Source: Candidatus Omnitrophota bacterium (GTDB lineage: Bacteria > Omnitrophota > Gorgyraeia > Gygaellales > Profunditerraquicolaceae). Taken from it: DNA of 64,000 nt. The stretch's first letter is position 1. Every line of letters starts with the position of its first letter. Position numbers and translations under genes: made by a program. Positions 19,337 to 30,775 of the stretch are shown here, piece after piece. The notes under the pieces were generated by a model. The model was given only the letters and a program-made list of their open reading frames with translations. It searched no databases and had not been told where the DNA came from. Location: positions 4,134 to 68,133 of the forward strand of contig JAHKAP010000018.1 of NCBI GenBank assembly GCA_018825985.1, in the 5' to 3' direction.

Positions 19337-20329
19337 CTACTTTTTCATCCAGGGCATCATCTCACGAAGCTGTTTCCCCACCTTTTCGATCAGATGCTCA
19401 TCGCCTTCTTTTAACATCCGGTTAAAATTCGGCCTGCCGTCTTCATTCTCTTTGATCCACTCTTTGGCGAACTTCCCTTTTTGGATCTCTTTTAAAATCT
19501 TCTTCATCTCTTTCCTGGTCTTTTCGGTAATTATCCTCTTGCCCCGGCTTAAATCCCCGTAACAAGCAGTATTGGAAACTCCCCGGCGCATCCCGGATAT
19601 ACCCTTTTCCTGGATCAAATCGGTAATTAATTTTAACTCATGTAATACTTCAAAATAGGCTATCTCTGGTTGATAACCAGCCTCAACCAAAGTATCAAAA
19701 CCAGCCTTAATCAGCTCGGTCACTCCGCCGCAAAGCACAGCCTGTTCTCCGAAAAGATCAGTTTCGGTTTCTTCGGTAAAAGTAGTTTCAATTACTCCGG
19801 CCTTGGTTGCGCCTATAGCTTTGGCATAAGCCAAACCAATCTGACGGGCCACTCCAGTGGCATCCTGAAAAACCGCTAATAAACAAGGAACACCCTTGCC
19901 CTCCTCAAACATCCTGCGGACTAACGCTCCCGGTCCTTTGGGCGCGACCATAAACACATCCACATTCTTAGGCGGCTTTATTTGTTTAAAACGGATATTA
20001 AAACCATGGGAAAAACAAAGGGCCTTCCCCTTTTTTAGATTCGGCTTGATGCTTTCATTATAAACCTTGGACTGAACATGATCCTGGGTTAATATCTGTA
20101 TAATATCTCCGGCCTTAGCAGCTTCTAAAGCTGGGACAGGGGTAAACCCGTCTTTTTTAGCCTGCTCAAAATTAACAGTCCCCTCCATTTCAGAAACCAC
20201 TACATGGCATCCGGAATCACGCAAACACAATGCCTGGCCCCGGCCCTGAATACCATAACCAATAATAGCGATAGTCTTATCTTTCAACAAACTCAGATCC
20301 GCATCCTGCTCATAATAAATTTTAATCAT
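19337..20329 (-). CDS. ilvC: ketol-acid reductoisomerase
   Basis: [14 protein letters not shown]-binding motif and full-length KARI similarity. Confidence 0.9.
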   Translation of the reverse strand: MIKIYYEQDADLSLLKDKTIAIIGYGIQGRGQALCLRDSGCHVVVSEMEGTVNFEQAKKDGFTPVPALEAAKAGDIIQILTQDHVQSKVYNESIKPNLKKGKALCFSHGFNIRFKQIKPPKNVDVFMVAPKGPGALVRRMFEEGKGVPCLLAVFQDATGVARQIGLAYAKAIGATKAGVIETTFTEETETDLFGEQAVLCGGVTELIKAGFDTLVEAGYQPEIAYFEVLHELKLITDLIQEKGISGMRRGVSNTACYGDLSRGKRIITEKTRKEMKKILKEIQKGKFAKEWIKENEDGRPNFNRMLKEGDEHLIEKVGKQLREMMPWMKK

Positions 20330-20418
20330 TTTTTCCCCCCTGAACTCCTACTGTTTTAATTCAGCGAAACCCCGCCTTTTTGGTAAAATATGGTTTTTAT
20401 CGCGCCAAAAGGGCTAGG

Positions 20419-20892
20419 CTAATAAGCCATAACTATCCTGCCGCCCCGGATCAGTTCTTTTATCCCAAACTTAGTGAGCGCCTCCAATAATTGTTTTATC
20501 TGAGCCTGCTCGCCTACTACTTCTATTACCGCGGTATCGGCCTTATGGTAAACGGTCTTGGCTAAATATTTATTTAAGATATTTTCTAATCTGGTTTTAT
20601 CTTTAGACGAATAATTAACCTTAACTAAAACCAGCTCCCTGTCCACATGTTCTTTTTTGGTAAAATCAGTTACGGTAATCACATCAATAAGCCGATTGAG
20701 CTGTTTTTTAATCTGCTCCAAAATATTTTCATCTTTAGCCTCGACAACTATGGTCATCGCTGAAATTTCCGGATCTAGAGTCTCATTAACCGCCAAGGAA
20801 GCGATATTATAACCCCGGGCGCTGAATAAACCGGATATCCTGGCTAAAACACCAAATTTGTTCTCTACTAATACTGAAATCGTATGTCTCAT
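20419..20892 (-). CDS. ilvN: acetolactate synthase small (regulatory) subunit
   Basis: ACT-domain N-terminus (HTISVLVENKFGVLARISGLFSARGYNI); 157 aa. Confidence 0.9.
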   Translation of the reverse strand: MRHTISVLVENKFGVLARISGLFSARGYNIASLAVNETLDPEISAMTIVVEAKDENILEQIKKQLNRLIDVITVTDFTKKEHVDRELVLVKVNYSSKDKTRLENILNKYLAKTVYHKADTAVIEVVGEQAQIKQLLEALTKFGIKELIRGGRIVMAY

Positions 20893-20898
20893 ATTCTC

Positions 20899-22323
20899 CT
20901 ATACTAAGTTTATAAATATCTCGGTAGTCTTTGGGTCATAACGGATACCGCTGTATTTTTTTAATTCCTCTTTTGCCTCGCTAAAACTTAAACCTTTACG
21001 GTAAGGCCTGTCGGTGGTCATGGCGTCAAAAGAATCCGCGATAGAAAGGATCCTGGCGCCCATAGGTATCTCATCCCCCTTTAAGCCATCCGGGTAACCT
21101 GTGCCGTCAAGCGACTCATGGTGGTACCTGATTATACTGCACAGCCTTGAAAGAGACCTTATCGGCTTAACGATACCTTCGCCGATCACCGGATGCCCGC
21201 GCATTACCCGGGCCTCATCCTCATTTAAAAAAGTTGGTTTTCTTAAAATATCGTCACTTATCCCGATTTTACCTACATCATGAAGAAGGGCTGCGTCTTT
21301 TAAGGATTTGATAAAATCCTGGTCCAGCCCCAATTCTTTAGCGATCTTAACCGAATAGTCAGCCACCCTGTCCGAATGGCCGCGGCTATATAGATCACGG
21401 GCCTCAACTGCCATAGCTAAAGCGGAGATTGTCTCCAGATATGTCTTTTCGGCATCGATATTTAACCTTTCATTTTCCACCGCTACAGCTGTCTGGGTAG
21501 CTAAATTAGAGATAATTATTAATTCATCTTCCTGAAAATTACCCGGGATTATCTTACCCGCTACCGCCAAGACCCCAACGATTTTATCTTTATACAACAT
21601 TGGCGCGCACAACAAAGGCGGAGCAAAAGGATCTTCACCCGAACGTTCACCCGTTTTATTGACATCGGGAACCAACAATGGTTTTTTATTTTTCGCTGCC
21701 CATCCCGGGCCTTCTTCGCCTATTTTTAATCTTAAAGAGCTAAAGACACTGCCTATCCCGGCCGAAGCTTTAATATATAACTCCTGTTTTGCATCATCAA
21801 CAAGCATTAATGCTCCGGTCTTAGCGTCCAAGGCATTTGTGGTTACCTCAATGATCAATTCTAAAAAAGTATCGATGTTTTTAGAATTGGATATCCCGGC
21901 GGCAAGCTTGGTCAAGACATCCTGTATTGTCCGCTTTGATGCCTCCAGACGCTTAATATTCTCCTCCAGATTCTTGGTAATTTCATTAAAGGTTTTGGCT
22001 AACTGAGTTATTTCGCTTTCATCATCTTTAACCTCACCCAAAACAGAAATACCCCCCCCTAATGAACCCCTAGTTTTTCTGGACAATTCCTGGATCTTTT
22101 TTATAGAACTGCGCATACTAAAAAAACCGATCATAGAACCGATCCCGATAAGAAATATGATCCTTATTAATACTCCATGACTGATATTAATTGTATCCGA
22201 GTTATTGGACCGGATCAGTAAAAAAGTAACTACTAAAAAAGGTAAAATCGACATTACAAAGAACAATACCGAGAACTTTCGGATTATAGAAGAATCTCTT
22301 ATTGAAGTTAGTTTAAGCGCCAT
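20899..22323 (-). CDS. membrane sensor HD-GYP c-di-GMP phosphodiesterase (2 TM, HAMP-like linker, GAF domain, HD-GYP domain)
   Basis: LHDVGK and HHESLDGTGYP motifs of HD-GYP, a GAF-like central region and two N-terminal hydrophobic helices. Sits between ilvB and ilvN with 16-nt and 6-nt gaps. Confidence 0.8.
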   Translation of the reverse strand: MALKLTSIRDSSIIRKFSVLFFVMSILPFLVVTFLLIRSNNSDTINISHGVLIRIIFLIGIGSMIGFFSMRSSIKKIQELSRKTRGSLGGGISVLGEVKDDESEITQLAKTFNEITKNLEENIKRLEASKRTIQDVLTKLAAGISNSKNIDTFLELIIEVTTNALDAKTGALMLVDDAKQELYIKASAGIGSVFSSLRLKIGEEGPGWAAKNKKPLLVPDVNKTGERSGEDPFAPPLLCAPMLYKDKIVGVLAVAGKIIPGNFQEDELIIISNLATQTAVAVENERLNIDAEKTYLETISALAMAVEARDLYSRGHSDRVADYSVKIAKELGLDQDFIKSLKDAALLHDVGKIGISDDILRKPTFLNEDEARVMRGHPVIGEGIVKPIRSLSRLCSIIRYHHESLDGTGYPDGLKGDEIPMGARILSIADSFDAMTTDRPYRKGLSFSEAKEELKKYSGIRYDPKTTEIFINLV

Positions 22324-22339
22324 ATTATTTATTAGAAGA

Positions 22340-24007
22340 CTAGGCTAATCCTTCGATCATCCTATTAATAGCTTCGCCTGCCGGAACCATCGGCCATACA
22401 TTTTCTTCCGGATCTACCGCGATATCCACAAAAACAACATTATCCGTATCAAAAGCCTTTATAATAGCCGCGCGAACCTGCTCTTTTTTATTCACCCGAA
22501 TACCCACCGCTCCATAGCTTTCCGCAAGTTTTACAAAATCCGGGCTATAGATAGGAGTGTGGGAATAACGCTTTTTATAAAACAGCTCCTGCCACTGCCT
22601 GACCATCCCTAAATAACCGTTGTTTAGAATAAACACCTTAACGTTTATCTTATTGGCCACGCAAGTCGCCAATTCCTGGATATTCATCTGGATCGAGCCG
22701 TCGCCGGCAATATCAATAACTTTTTTTTCCGGGCAGCCTATCTTCGCTCCTATTGCCGCCGGAAAACCAAAACCCATTGTTCCTAATCCTCCGGATGAGA
22801 TAAATGTCCGCGGATATATATAGGTAAACCACTGAGCAGCCCACATCTGGTTCTGGCCGACTTCAGTAGTGACGATTACGTCCCCTTTAGTAACATCATA
22901 GATCTGCTCAATAACATATTGAGGCTTGATCTTGCCATCTCCAGACTTATATTTTAAAGGATGCTTTTTCTTCCAGGAATCAACGGTCTTTAACCACTCT
23001 GAGGTATCCGGAGATTTTTTAATCTCTTCAATCAATTGCCCTAAAATATTTTTAGCATCACCCACTATCGGAATATCCACTTTAATATTCTTACTAATCG
23101 ATGTAGGATCAATATCAATGTGGATGACTTTTGCCGTTGGAGCAAAAGAATCGATCCTTCCGGTTACCCGGTCATCAAAACGCGCGCCCACAGCGATGAT
23201 CAAATCGGATTCAGTAGTCGCGTGGTTAGCATAAGCAGTGCCATGCATGCCCAACATACCTAAACATAAAGGATGAGTTCCCGGAAAACAGCCTAAACCC
23301 ATCAAGGTCATGGTTACAGGAGCGTTTATCTTCTCAGCCAGGACCTTTAATTCCTGGGCAGCACCGGACGTGATTACTCCTCCGCCGGCGTAGATTATCG
23401 GCTTTTTAGATTGGGATATCAATCTGGCTGATTTTTTAATCTGTCCGGGATGCCCGAAAAGAGTAGGTTTATATCCCCGGATATCCACTACTTCCGGCCA
23501 GACAAATTCAATATTCTGCATCTGGACATCCGATGGGATATCAATTAAGACCGGACCCGGCCTTCCGGTTGAGGCGATAAAAAAAGCCTCCCGAATTATC
23601 CTGGCTAGGTCTTTAGTGTCTTTGACTAAATAATTATGCTTAGTTATCGGCCGAGTGATACCTGTAACATCGGCTTCCTGAAAAGCGTCATTACCGATCA
23701 AAAAAGTCTTTACCTGGCCGGTAATTGCCACCATTGGGATGGAATCCATATAGGCATCCGCGATCCCCGTAGTAAGATTGGTTGCCCCCGGGCCTGAAGT
23801 AGCCAGGCAGACCCCCACCTTACCGGTTGCCCGAGCATAACCTTCGGCAGCATGGGCAGCGCCTTGTTCATGCCTGGTTAGTATAAGCTTTAAAGTTGAA
23901 TCGTAGAGCTTATCAAAAATAGGCAGAACCTGCCCGCCAGGGTAACCAAAGATATACTCTACGCCTTCACGCTTCAAACATTCTAATAATATTTCCGCAC
24001 CAGTCAT
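22340..24007 (-). CDS. ilvB: acetolactate synthase large (catalytic) subunit
   Basis: TPP-enzyme signature ([26 protein letters not shown]); 555 aa. Confidence 0.9.
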   Translation of the reverse strand: MTGAEILLECLKREGVEYIFGYPGGQVLPIFDKLYDSTLKLILTRHEQGAAHAAEGYARATGKVGVCLATSGPGATNLTTGIADAYMDSIPMVAITGQVKTFLIGNDAFQEADVTGITRPITKHNYLVKDTKDLARIIREAFFIASTGRPGPVLIDIPSDVQMQNIEFVWPEVVDIRGYKPTLFGHPGQIKKSARLISQSKKPIIYAGGGVITSGAAQELKVLAEKINAPVTMTLMGLGCFPGTHPLCLGMLGMHGTAYANHATTESDLIIAVGARFDDRVTGRIDSFAPTAKVIHIDIDPTSISKNIKVDIPIVGDAKNILGQLIEEIKKSPDTSEWLKTVDSWKKKHPLKYKSGDGKIKPQYVIEQIYDVTKGDVIVTTEVGQNQMWAAQWFTYIYPRTFISSGGLGTMGFGFPAAIGAKIGCPEKKVIDIAGDGSIQMNIQELATCVANKINVKVFILNNGYLGMVRQWQELFYKKRYSHTPIYSPDFVKLAESYGAVGIRVNKKEQVRAAIIKAFDTDNVVFVDIAVDPEENVWPMVPAGEAINRMIEGLA

Positions 24008-25660
24008 TTAACTAACCACCGCTCCTTTATCCGCTGAAGAGACCATTTTGGAATAACGGGCCAGATACCCGGTCCTGATCTTGGGAGGAACCGGAATCCA
24101 TTTCTTAAATCTTTTTTCTATTTCCTGTTTGCTTAATTTAACCTCTAATTTTCTATTCGGTATATCTATATTGATTATATCATTATCTTTTAAAATCGCA
24201 ATTACACCCTTGTTTGCCGCCTCAGGAGAAACATGCCCGATACAAGGGCCTTTAGTCCCTCCGGAAAATCTTCCGTCAGTGATCAAGGCCACGGAATCAG
24301 CCAGGCCCATACCTACGATCGCCGCGGTAGGAGCCAGCATCTCGCGCATACCCGGACCGCCTGCCGGGCCTTCATAACGGATAACGATCACTTCTGCGCC
24401 CTTAATCTTTCCCCCCAGGATCGCCTGCATCGCTTCTTCTTCCCGGTTGAAAACTTTTGCCCTTCCACTGAATTTCATCATCTTGGAGTTTACCGCTGAC
24501 TGTTTGACTACCGCCCCATTCGGCGCCAAGTTCCCGAATAAAACAGCGATACCACCCTGTTCATGATAAGCCTTATTTAACGGCCGGATCACTTCTTCAT
24601 CAAAAATCTCAGCCTCATCAGCGATCTCAAATATCTTTTTACCGCTTAAAGTCAGGGTATTATTCAATCTGGATTTTAAACGCTTCAGTACTGCCGGGAT
24701 ACCTCCGGCAAATTCCACATCTTCCATAAAATGCGGACCAGCCGGCTCCAGATTAGTGATATGCGCAGTCTTCTTGCTGATATCATCAAAAACCTTAAGC
24801 CCCAATTTGATCTTAGCTTCATTAGCGATAGCCATGAGATGTAAAACCGTATTGCTGGAACCACCCAGCGCCATATCCACAGTAATAGCATTTTCCAAGG
24901 ATTGCTTATTGATAATATCCAGCGGTTTAATATCTTTCCGGACTAATTCTACTATCCGCTCTCCGCTAGCCTGGGCGATCCTGCGTTTGTTGGCTGACAC
25001 AGCCAGAGCAGTTGCGCAACCCGGCAATGACATGCCTAAAGTTTCAGTAAGACAGGCCATGGTATTAGCGGTATAAAGGCCCTGGCATGAACCTGCGCCA
25101 GGACAGGCCTGCTGTTCAATACACTCTAATTCTCCGGCTGAGATCTCGCCTTTTTTTGCCCGGCCTAAAGCTTCATAAGTATCATGAACAAAAGCTAATT
25201 TTCTAGTCTTATACCTTCCGGAAAGCATCGGCCCGGCAGTAACTATAATTGCCGGTATATTCAATCTGGATACGCCCATAAGCATGCCCGGAGTAATTTT
25301 ATCACAGTTAGTCAAGCAGATAATCCCATCCAATTGATGGGCATTACAAACAGTCTCTATAGTATCGGCAACGATCTCCCTTGAGGCTAAAGGATAACAC
25401 ATCCCGAGATGACCCATAGCAATACCATCACAAATACCCGGGACCCCGAAGAAAAATGGCACACCTGCGGCATAACAGATACCCCGCTCAATATAACGCT
25501 CGAGATCCCGCATCCCGATATGCCCGGGGATCAGATCAGTAAAAGATGTAGCCACGCCTATAAAAGGTTTATCAAAATCCCTTTTAGATAATCCCGTAGC
25601 GTAAAGAAGCGCCCGGTGAGGAACCCTCTCCAAACCTTTCTTGATCTTGTCTGATCTCAT
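24008..25660 (-). CDS. ilvD: dihydroxy-acid dehydratase
   Basis: Full-length IlvD/EDD similarity with the Cys cluster CPGAGSC. Likely start at the ATG at 25660 (MRSDKIKKG), preceded by GGAGG. Confidence 0.9.
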   Translation of the reverse strand: MRSDKIKKGLERVPHRALLYATGLSKRDFDKPFIGVATSFTDLIPGHIGMRDLERYIERGICYAAGVPFFFGVPGICDGIAMGHLGMCYPLASREIVADTIETVCNAHQLDGIICLTNCDKITPGMLMGVSRLNIPAIIVTAGPMLSGRYKTRKLAFVHDTYEALGRAKKGEISAGELECIEQQACPGAGSCQGLYTANTMACLTETLGMSLPGCATALAVSANKRRIAQASGERIVELVRKDIKPLDIINKQSLENAITVDMALGGSSNTVLHLMAIANEAKIKLGLKVFDDISKKTAHITNLEPAGPHFMEDVEFAGGIPAVLKRLKSRLNNTLTLSGKKIFEIADEAEIFDEEVIRPLNKAYHEQGGIAVLFGNLAPNGAVVKQSAVNSKMMKFSGRAKVFNREEEAMQAILGGKIKGAEVIVIRYEGPAGGPGMREMLAPTAAIVGMGLADSVALITDGRFSGGTKGPCIGHVSPEAANKGVIAILKDNDIINIDIPNRKLEVKLSKQEIEKRFKKWIPVPPKIRTGYLARYSKMVSSADKGAVVS

Positions 25661-25678
25661 AATAGAACCTCCAAGCAA

Positions 25679-25796
25679 CTTTAGTATTTAGTAGATAGTA
25701 GTTAGGTTTTAGGGAAAACCTTCACCCTATATCCTACCTACTGTCTTTGAATTTGCTTTTCCCTACCTACTATATACTACCTACTACATACTGCTT
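25679..25796. repeat. TAGTAG-rich imperfect-palindromic intergenic repeat, copy 2
   Basis: Fills the fba-ilvD spacer and is nearly identical to copy 3 over about 115 nt (AGTATTTAGTAGATAGTAGTTAGGT...TTTCCCT.CTACT..ATACTACCTACTA.ATACTGCTTTTA). Confidence 0.8.
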
Positions 25797-27119
25797 TTAA
25801 TCAGCGCCTTCTCCGTCATGCACCACTTCGCTGTCTTGGCGCTTACGAATAATAACCCTTTTTAAAATCACGTATTTATCTATTAATTCCTTATTATTTA
25901 AATTATTCAACTGTTTAAACAGGAAATCAAACTTAGCCTCAATCTCCGCGGCAATGGCATTGCGCGTTTCAACAGGTAAAGACATAATCTCTTTTTTAAA
26001 AGGCCCTAATGCTTTTTTGCGGGTCTTATAGAAAAACTGTTCTTCGGTTTCGCCGGCCTTTGCCTCAGATGCGGCATTGACTTTCAACCATTCATAAATC
26101 TTAAGCTTCAAAGCGGCTGGAAAATGCTTGCTCTCGTAAATCATATTCTGGAATTCTGTTGCCAGATGAACCTCGGCGGCATCGCATTCCGGGAATTTAT
26201 GAAAAGCCTCGGCCGGAAGGGTTGATGCCCCGTGCTGAACAGCCCCGGATAAACCAAATTCTTTTCTGGAGATATTGGAGAGATTCTTTAAGGTATCAAA
26301 GTCCAGCTTTACCTGGGCAATTGAACCGTCAGGCAAAACCACCCCGCCATGAGAAGTCCCGGTCTGAATGGAAATCTTGCTTATCCCGGTTAACCCTTTG
26401 CGTAACTTTTCTTTATATCCGTTCATAAACGCCCTTAGATCTTCCGGCGTGGAATTTTGATGGCCGACTTCCCCGATCTCCCCGCCTACTGAAACAGTAA
26501 TTCCTTTAGGCTCGATCCTGCGTATAAACTGTGTTAACCTGGCGCAAACCTCATAATTTAACTGCTGTTGTTTTTTAATATCAGTCTTAGAAAGGTCCAC
26601 AACTGTTGAAGAATCAATATCAATATTATAAAATCCCGCGGATATCGCATCGGTTATCAGGGCCTTTAGCCCTTCCATCTCTTTATCCGGGTCTTCCTTG
26701 AATTTTTTAGCGTTAACCTGAAAATGGTCGCCCTGGATAAAGACAGGTCCTCTAAACCCCTCCTTTACTGCCGCGGCAACGATAACCGCAGAATATTCAA
26801 CCGGAGGCTGGTTAGTATAGCCCATCTCTGACTTAGCGATCTCAAAAATCACCGCGCCGCTATTATTCTTTTTTGCCGTCCTAAATAATGCCTTGGCCAG
26901 GTCATAAGTCATACTTCTTAAATTTATGGCCGGCACGGTAAAACCGCTAAAATCCCCCTTGCCCATAGCTATGTAGAAATCATGAATGCTTGAAGGGTAA
27001 ACCCCATTCTTATAACCCAAATCCAAAATCTTCTTGGCAATCTTTTTCTTGAGAGCTGTCCCATCAGCCATAATTAATTCCATTACAATCTTATCCATGT
27101 CCATCGGCCTTCTTCCCAT
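25797..27119 (-). CDS. fba: class II (metal-dependent) fructose-bisphosphate aldolase, long form
   Basis: VPAINLRS, QGDHFQ, GGEIGEVGH and HGASTLP blocks parallel the class II FBA metal and substrate sites; 440 aa. Confidence 0.7.
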   Translation of the reverse strand: MGRRPMDMDKIVMELIMADGTALKKKIAKKILDLGYKNGVYPSSIHDFYIAMGKGDFSGFTVPAINLRSMTYDLAKALFRTAKKNNSGAVIFEIAKSEMGYTNQPPVEYSAVIVAAAVKEGFRGPVFIQGDHFQVNAKKFKEDPDKEMEGLKALITDAISAGFYNIDIDSSTVVDLSKTDIKKQQQLNYEVCARLTQFIRRIEPKGITVSVGGEIGEVGHQNSTPEDLRAFMNGYKEKLRKGLTGISKISIQTGTSHGGVVLPDGSIAQVKLDFDTLKNLSNISRKEFGLSGAVQHGASTLPAEAFHKFPECDAAEVHLATEFQNMIYESKHFPAALKLKIYEWLKVNAASEAKAGETEEQFFYKTRKKALGPFKKEIMSLPVETRNAIAAEIEAKFDFLFKQLNNLNNKELIDKYVILKRVIIRKRQDSEVVHDGEGAD

Positions 27120-27164
27120 TTTAAACCATTCCTTTCCTTAAAGATTATTAATAATATTCTTTAA

Positions 27165-28130
27165 CTAAGTAAGTATTTTGATCAACTGATAAAAATTATC
27201 TGTCTCAAATTTCTTTTTACTAACGGCAAATTCTAAATCCACTATATTAATATCATCGGAGATAATACCTACTGCTTTCCCCTTTTCTCCTTTTATCAAT
27301 AACTCCACCGCCTTAGCTCCTAAACGGCTGGCCAGGATCCTATCCCGGGCAGTCGGTGTTCCCCCGCGCTGGGTATGACCCAAGATTACCACCCTGGTCT
27401 CTAAAGAAGTGCGGTCAGTGATCTGTTTCGCGATATCCTCAGCCTTAGCCTTTCCTTCAGCCACAACTATGATCCAGCTTATTTTACCCTTTAAGTTTCC
27501 TTCGACAATATCATGGCACATTATATTAAAATCAAATTTTCTTTCCGGGATTAAACAATCTTCCGTGCCACCGCCTAAAGCTGCCTGCAGGGCAATGAAA
27601 CCGCTATCCCTGCCCATAACCTCAACTACAAAGATACGCTCCATTGAAGTAGCGGTATCCCTTATTTTATCTATCGCCTCTAACGCTGTGTTTACCGCGG
27701 TATCCGAACCGATAGTAGAATCTGTCCCGTTGACATCATTATCGATTGTTCCCGGTACGCCTATACAAGATATTCCCCATTTTTTACCCAGGGCAATTCC
27801 GCCCCGATATGTCCCGTCTCCTCCGATTAAAACCAAACCATCGATATTATTCTTTTTTATCACTTCAACTGCCCTAGCTTGGCCGTCTTCAGTAAGAAAT
27901 TCCGGACAGCGAGCGGTTTTTAAAATAGTCCCGCCCCGGCTGATGATGTTGGATACAAAACGATGGTCGAGTAATTGCAATTCCTCATTAATCAACCCGG
28001 AATACCCCTTGATTATACCCATCACTTCAATTTTATAGTGCAGGGCATAACGGACCACCGACCGGATCGCTGCGTTCATTGCCGGCGCATCGCCACCTGA
28101 AGTCAACACCCCTATTCTTTTAATCACCAT
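27165..28130 (-). CDS. pfkA: ATP-dependent 6-phosphofructokinase
   Basis: RIGVLTSGGDAPAMNAAIR and GGDGT motifs; 321 aa. Confidence 0.9.
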   Translation of the reverse strand: MVIKRIGVLTSGGDAPAMNAAIRSVVRYALHYKIEVMGIIKGYSGLINEELQLLDHRFVSNIISRGGTILKTARCPEFLTEDGQARAVEVIKKNNIDGLVLIGGDGTYRGGIALGKKWGISCIGVPGTIDNDVNGTDSTIGSDTAVNTALEAIDKIRDTATSMERIFVVEVMGRDSGFIALQAALGGGTEDCLIPERKFDFNIMCHDIVEGNLKGKISWIIVVAEGKAKAEDIAKQITDRTSLETRVVILGHTQRGGTPTARDRILASRLGAKAVELLIKGEKGKAVGIISDDINIVDLEFAVSKKKFETDNFYQLIKILT

Positions 28131-28261
28131 GATAAGTTCAGTATTTAGTAGATAGTAGTTAGGTATTAGGGAAAATCTACGCCCTAAGCTCTACCTGCTA
28201 TATACTTGCTACTGCCTTTGTTTTTCCCTGTCTACTACATACTACCTACTATATACTGCTT
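28131..28261. repeat. TAGTAG-rich imperfect-palindromic intergenic repeat, copy 3
   Basis: Fills the ahcY-pfkA spacer and is near-identical to copy 2. Confidence 0.8.
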
Positions 28262-29518
28262 TTACGTTCCAATTTCCCAACTTGATAAATACTTCTTCTG
28301 CTGCGCAGTTAGAATATCTATCTTTATGCCCATAGATTTAAGCTTAAGATAAGCGATATTATTATCTATATCCTCGGGAACAGTATAGACATCTTTATTA
28401 AGCTTGCGAAAGCTATTCTTTATATACTCCGCGCTTAAAGCTTGATTAGCAAAAGACATATCCATAACCTGAGCCGGATGTCCCTCTGCGGCAGCAAGGT
28501 TAATCAACCGGCCTTCTCCCAATAAATAAACCCTGCGTCCATTCCTAAGCTTATACTCAACCACAAAATCGCGGATAGTTTTCTTAGACCGGGCAAGTTT
28601 TTCCAAAGACGGAATCTCTATCTCTACGTTAAAATGTCCGGAATTACAGACTATTGCCCCGTCCTTCATTATTATAAAATGTTCCTCACGGATCACATTA
28701 ATATCCCCGGTAACCGTTACAAATATATCTCCGATCCTGGCGGCGTCTTTTATAGGCATTACCTGAAATCCATCCATAACCGCTTCCAGGGCTTTTAAAG
28801 GAGAAATTTCGATTACATATACATTAGCTCCCATTCCCTTGGCTCTCATGGCCACTCCCCTGCCGCACCATCCATAACCGCAGACCACAAAATTTGAGCC
28901 GGCCACCAATTTATTGGTTGCCCGGATTATTCCGTCAATAGTAGATTGGCCCGTGCCATAACGATTATCAAAAAGATGCTTGGTCAAAGCGTCATTTACG
29001 GCGATTATCGGATAACGCAATTTACCCTCTTTAGCCAGGGCCTTTAACCGGATCACTCCGGTAGTGGTCTCTTCGGTTCCGCCGATAATATTGCTATGCA
29101 TTGATACCGGACGCTGATGGATAGTGCTGACTAAATCAGCTCCGTCATCCATTGTAATATCAGGTCTTAGTGCCAAAACTTCTTGCATATGCTTGTAATA
29201 AGTTTTTGTATCTTCACCCTTAACAGCGAATACCGGAATCTTCAAATTCTTAACTAAAGAAGCAGCCACATCATCCTGGGTAGATAAAGGATTGGAAGCG
29301 CAAACCACAACTTCAGCCCCGCCAGCCTTTAATACTTCCGCTAGAACCCCGGTTTCGGTAGTAACATGCAAACAGCAGGATATCTTTACTCCTTTTAAAG
29401 GTTTTCCTTTATGAAAACGCTCAAGCAAAAGCCTTAAAACCGGCATGTTATTTCTGGCCCACTCGATCCGGAGCGCGCCCTTTTTAGCTAATTTTATATC
29501 CTTGATATCATGTCGCAT
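28262..29518 (-). CDS. ahcY: adenosylhomocysteinase
   Basis: Full-length AHCY similarity with a [11 protein letters not shown] site. Confidence 0.9.
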   Translation of the reverse strand: MRHDIKDIKLAKKGALRIEWARNNMPVLRLLLERFHKGKPLKGVKISCCLHVTTETGVLAEVLKAGGAEVVVCASNPLSTQDDVAASLVKNLKIPVFAVKGEDTKTYYKHMQEVLALRPDITMDDGADLVSTIHQRPVSMHSNIIGGTEETTTGVIRLKALAKEGKLRYPIIAVNDALTKHLFDNRYGTGQSTIDGIIRATNKLVAGSNFVVCGYGWCGRGVAMRAKGMGANVYVIEISPLKALEAVMDGFQVMPIKDAARIGDIFVTVTGDINVIREEHFIIMKDGAIVCNSGHFNVEIEIPSLEKLARSKKTIRDFVVEYKLRNGRRVYLLGEGRLINLAAAEGHPAQVMDMSFANQALSAEYIKNSFRKLNKDVYTVPEDIDNNIAYLKLKSMGIKIDILTAQQKKYLSSWEIGT

Positions 29519-29534
29519 CCCATCTCCTATTTTT

Positions 29535-29596
29535 ATTAGGGACAGCGACTATTTTTTTAGAAAGTTGCTTTGGAAAAAATAGTCGCTGTCCCTAAT
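29535..29596. terminator. perfect 23-bp inverted repeat (ATTAGGGACAGCGACTATTTTTT, 14-nt loop) acting as a terminator/attenuator between metK and ahcY
   Basis: The two arms are exactly complementary. A half-copy of the same arm recurs at 38986-39005. Confidence 0.6.
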
Positions 29597-29605
29597 ATTC
29601 CAATA

Positions 29606-30769
29606 TTATAACTTAGCTGCTTGTTTCTTCAACACCTCAACTTTATCAGTTACTTCCCAGCTGAATCCAGGTTCAGTCCTTCCAAAATGCCCGTATGCAG
29701 CAGTCTGTTTGAATATCGGCCGCCTTAGGGACAAAGTCTTAATTATCCCTGCCGGATTTAGCTGAAAATTCTGTCTTATAAGTTTGATAAAATCGGCTTC
29801 GGAAAGCTCTGATGTGCCGTAAGTATCAACCATTACCGATAACGGTTCGGCGTAACCTATAACATAAGCCAACTGAACCAAGCATCTTTCAGCCAATCCT
29901 GCAGCTACGATATTCTTGGCGATATAGCGGGCCATATAAGCCGCTGAACGGTCAACCTTAGTCGGATCTTTACCTGAAAATGCTCCGCCGCCATGAGGAA
30001 CTGTTCCGCCGTAAGTATCCACCATAATCTTTCTTCCGGTCATGCCTGTATCTGACTGCGGCCCGCCGACAACAAACTTTCCGGTCTGGTTGACAAAATA
30101 ACGAGTATTTTTATCTACCCAATGCTTTAATACCGGTTTAGCTACCACATCAATTATTTCCTCCCTGGCCTTCTGGGTAATATTATGCCCGGTTTTATCC
30201 AGGATCTCTTCAGTATGCTGACTGGCTAAAACCACTGAATCCACCCGCACCGGTTTATTCTTATAATACTCGACTGTAACCTGGGATTTACCATCCGGCC
30301 CAAGGTATTTTAAAATTGCCTTTTTACGTACTTCACTAAGCCTCTTTGACAATGCTTGAGATAAAGTTATCGCCAGGGGCATTAATTCCGGAGTCTCTTT
30401 ACAGGCAAACCCGAACATTAATCCCTGGTCTCCGGCGCCGCCCGCGTCAACTCCCTGGGCAATATCCGGGGACTGAGTATGGATAGCGTTAAGAATAGCG
30501 CAGGTATGAAAATCAAATCCGTACTTGGGATGGGTATAACCGATCTCCTCAATGATCTTACGGGCTGTTTTATGCACATCTACAAAACAATTGGTGGTAA
30601 TCTCGCCGCCCACAATCAATAGCCCCATGGTAACATATGTCTCACAGGCAACTCTTCCGGTGGGATCCTGTCTTAATATCTCGTCTAAAATACCGTCAGA
30701 AACCTGATCGCATAATTTATCCGGGTGCCCCTCTGTTACCGATTCAGAAGTGAATAACGTCTTCTCCAT
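29606..30769 (-). CDS. metK: S-adenosylmethionine synthetase
   Basis: [15 protein letters not shown]-terminus and [10 protein letters not shown]-loop. Confidence 0.9.
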   Translation of the reverse strand: MEKTLFTSESVTEGHPDKLCDQVSDGILDEILRQDPTGRVACETYVTMGLLIVGGEITTNCFVDVHKTARKIIEEIGYTHPKYGFDFHTCAILNAIHTQSPDIAQGVDAGGAGDQGLMFGFACKETPELMPLAITLSQALSKRLSEVRKKAILKYLGPDGKSQVTVEYYKNKPVRVDSVVLASQHTEEILDKTGHNITQKAREEIIDVVAKPVLKHWVDKNTRYFVNQTGKFVVGGPQSDTGMTGRKIMVDTYGGTVPHGGGAFSGKDPTKVDRSAAYMARYIAKNIVAAGLAERCLVQLAYVIGYAEPLSVMVDTYGTSELSEADFIKLIRQNFQLNPAGIIKTLSLRRPIFKQTAAYGHFGRTEPGFSWEVTDKVEVLKKQAAKL

Positions 30770-30775
30770 TTTTTG

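Noticed and set aside
24685-24891. 68-aa minus-strand ORF inside ilvD
   Set aside because: Alternative frame within the conserved ilvD coding sequence.
27409-28038. 209-aa plus-strand ORF
   Set aside because: It lies entirely antisense to the strongly conserved pfkA gene. Its composition is typical of a shadow ORF, and it has no RBS or recognisable motif.
19243-28261. TAGTAG-rich repeats as a CRISPR array
   Set aside because: The copies are 6-9 kb apart and each is an internal palindrome. There is no regular repeat-spacer periodicity and no cas genes.
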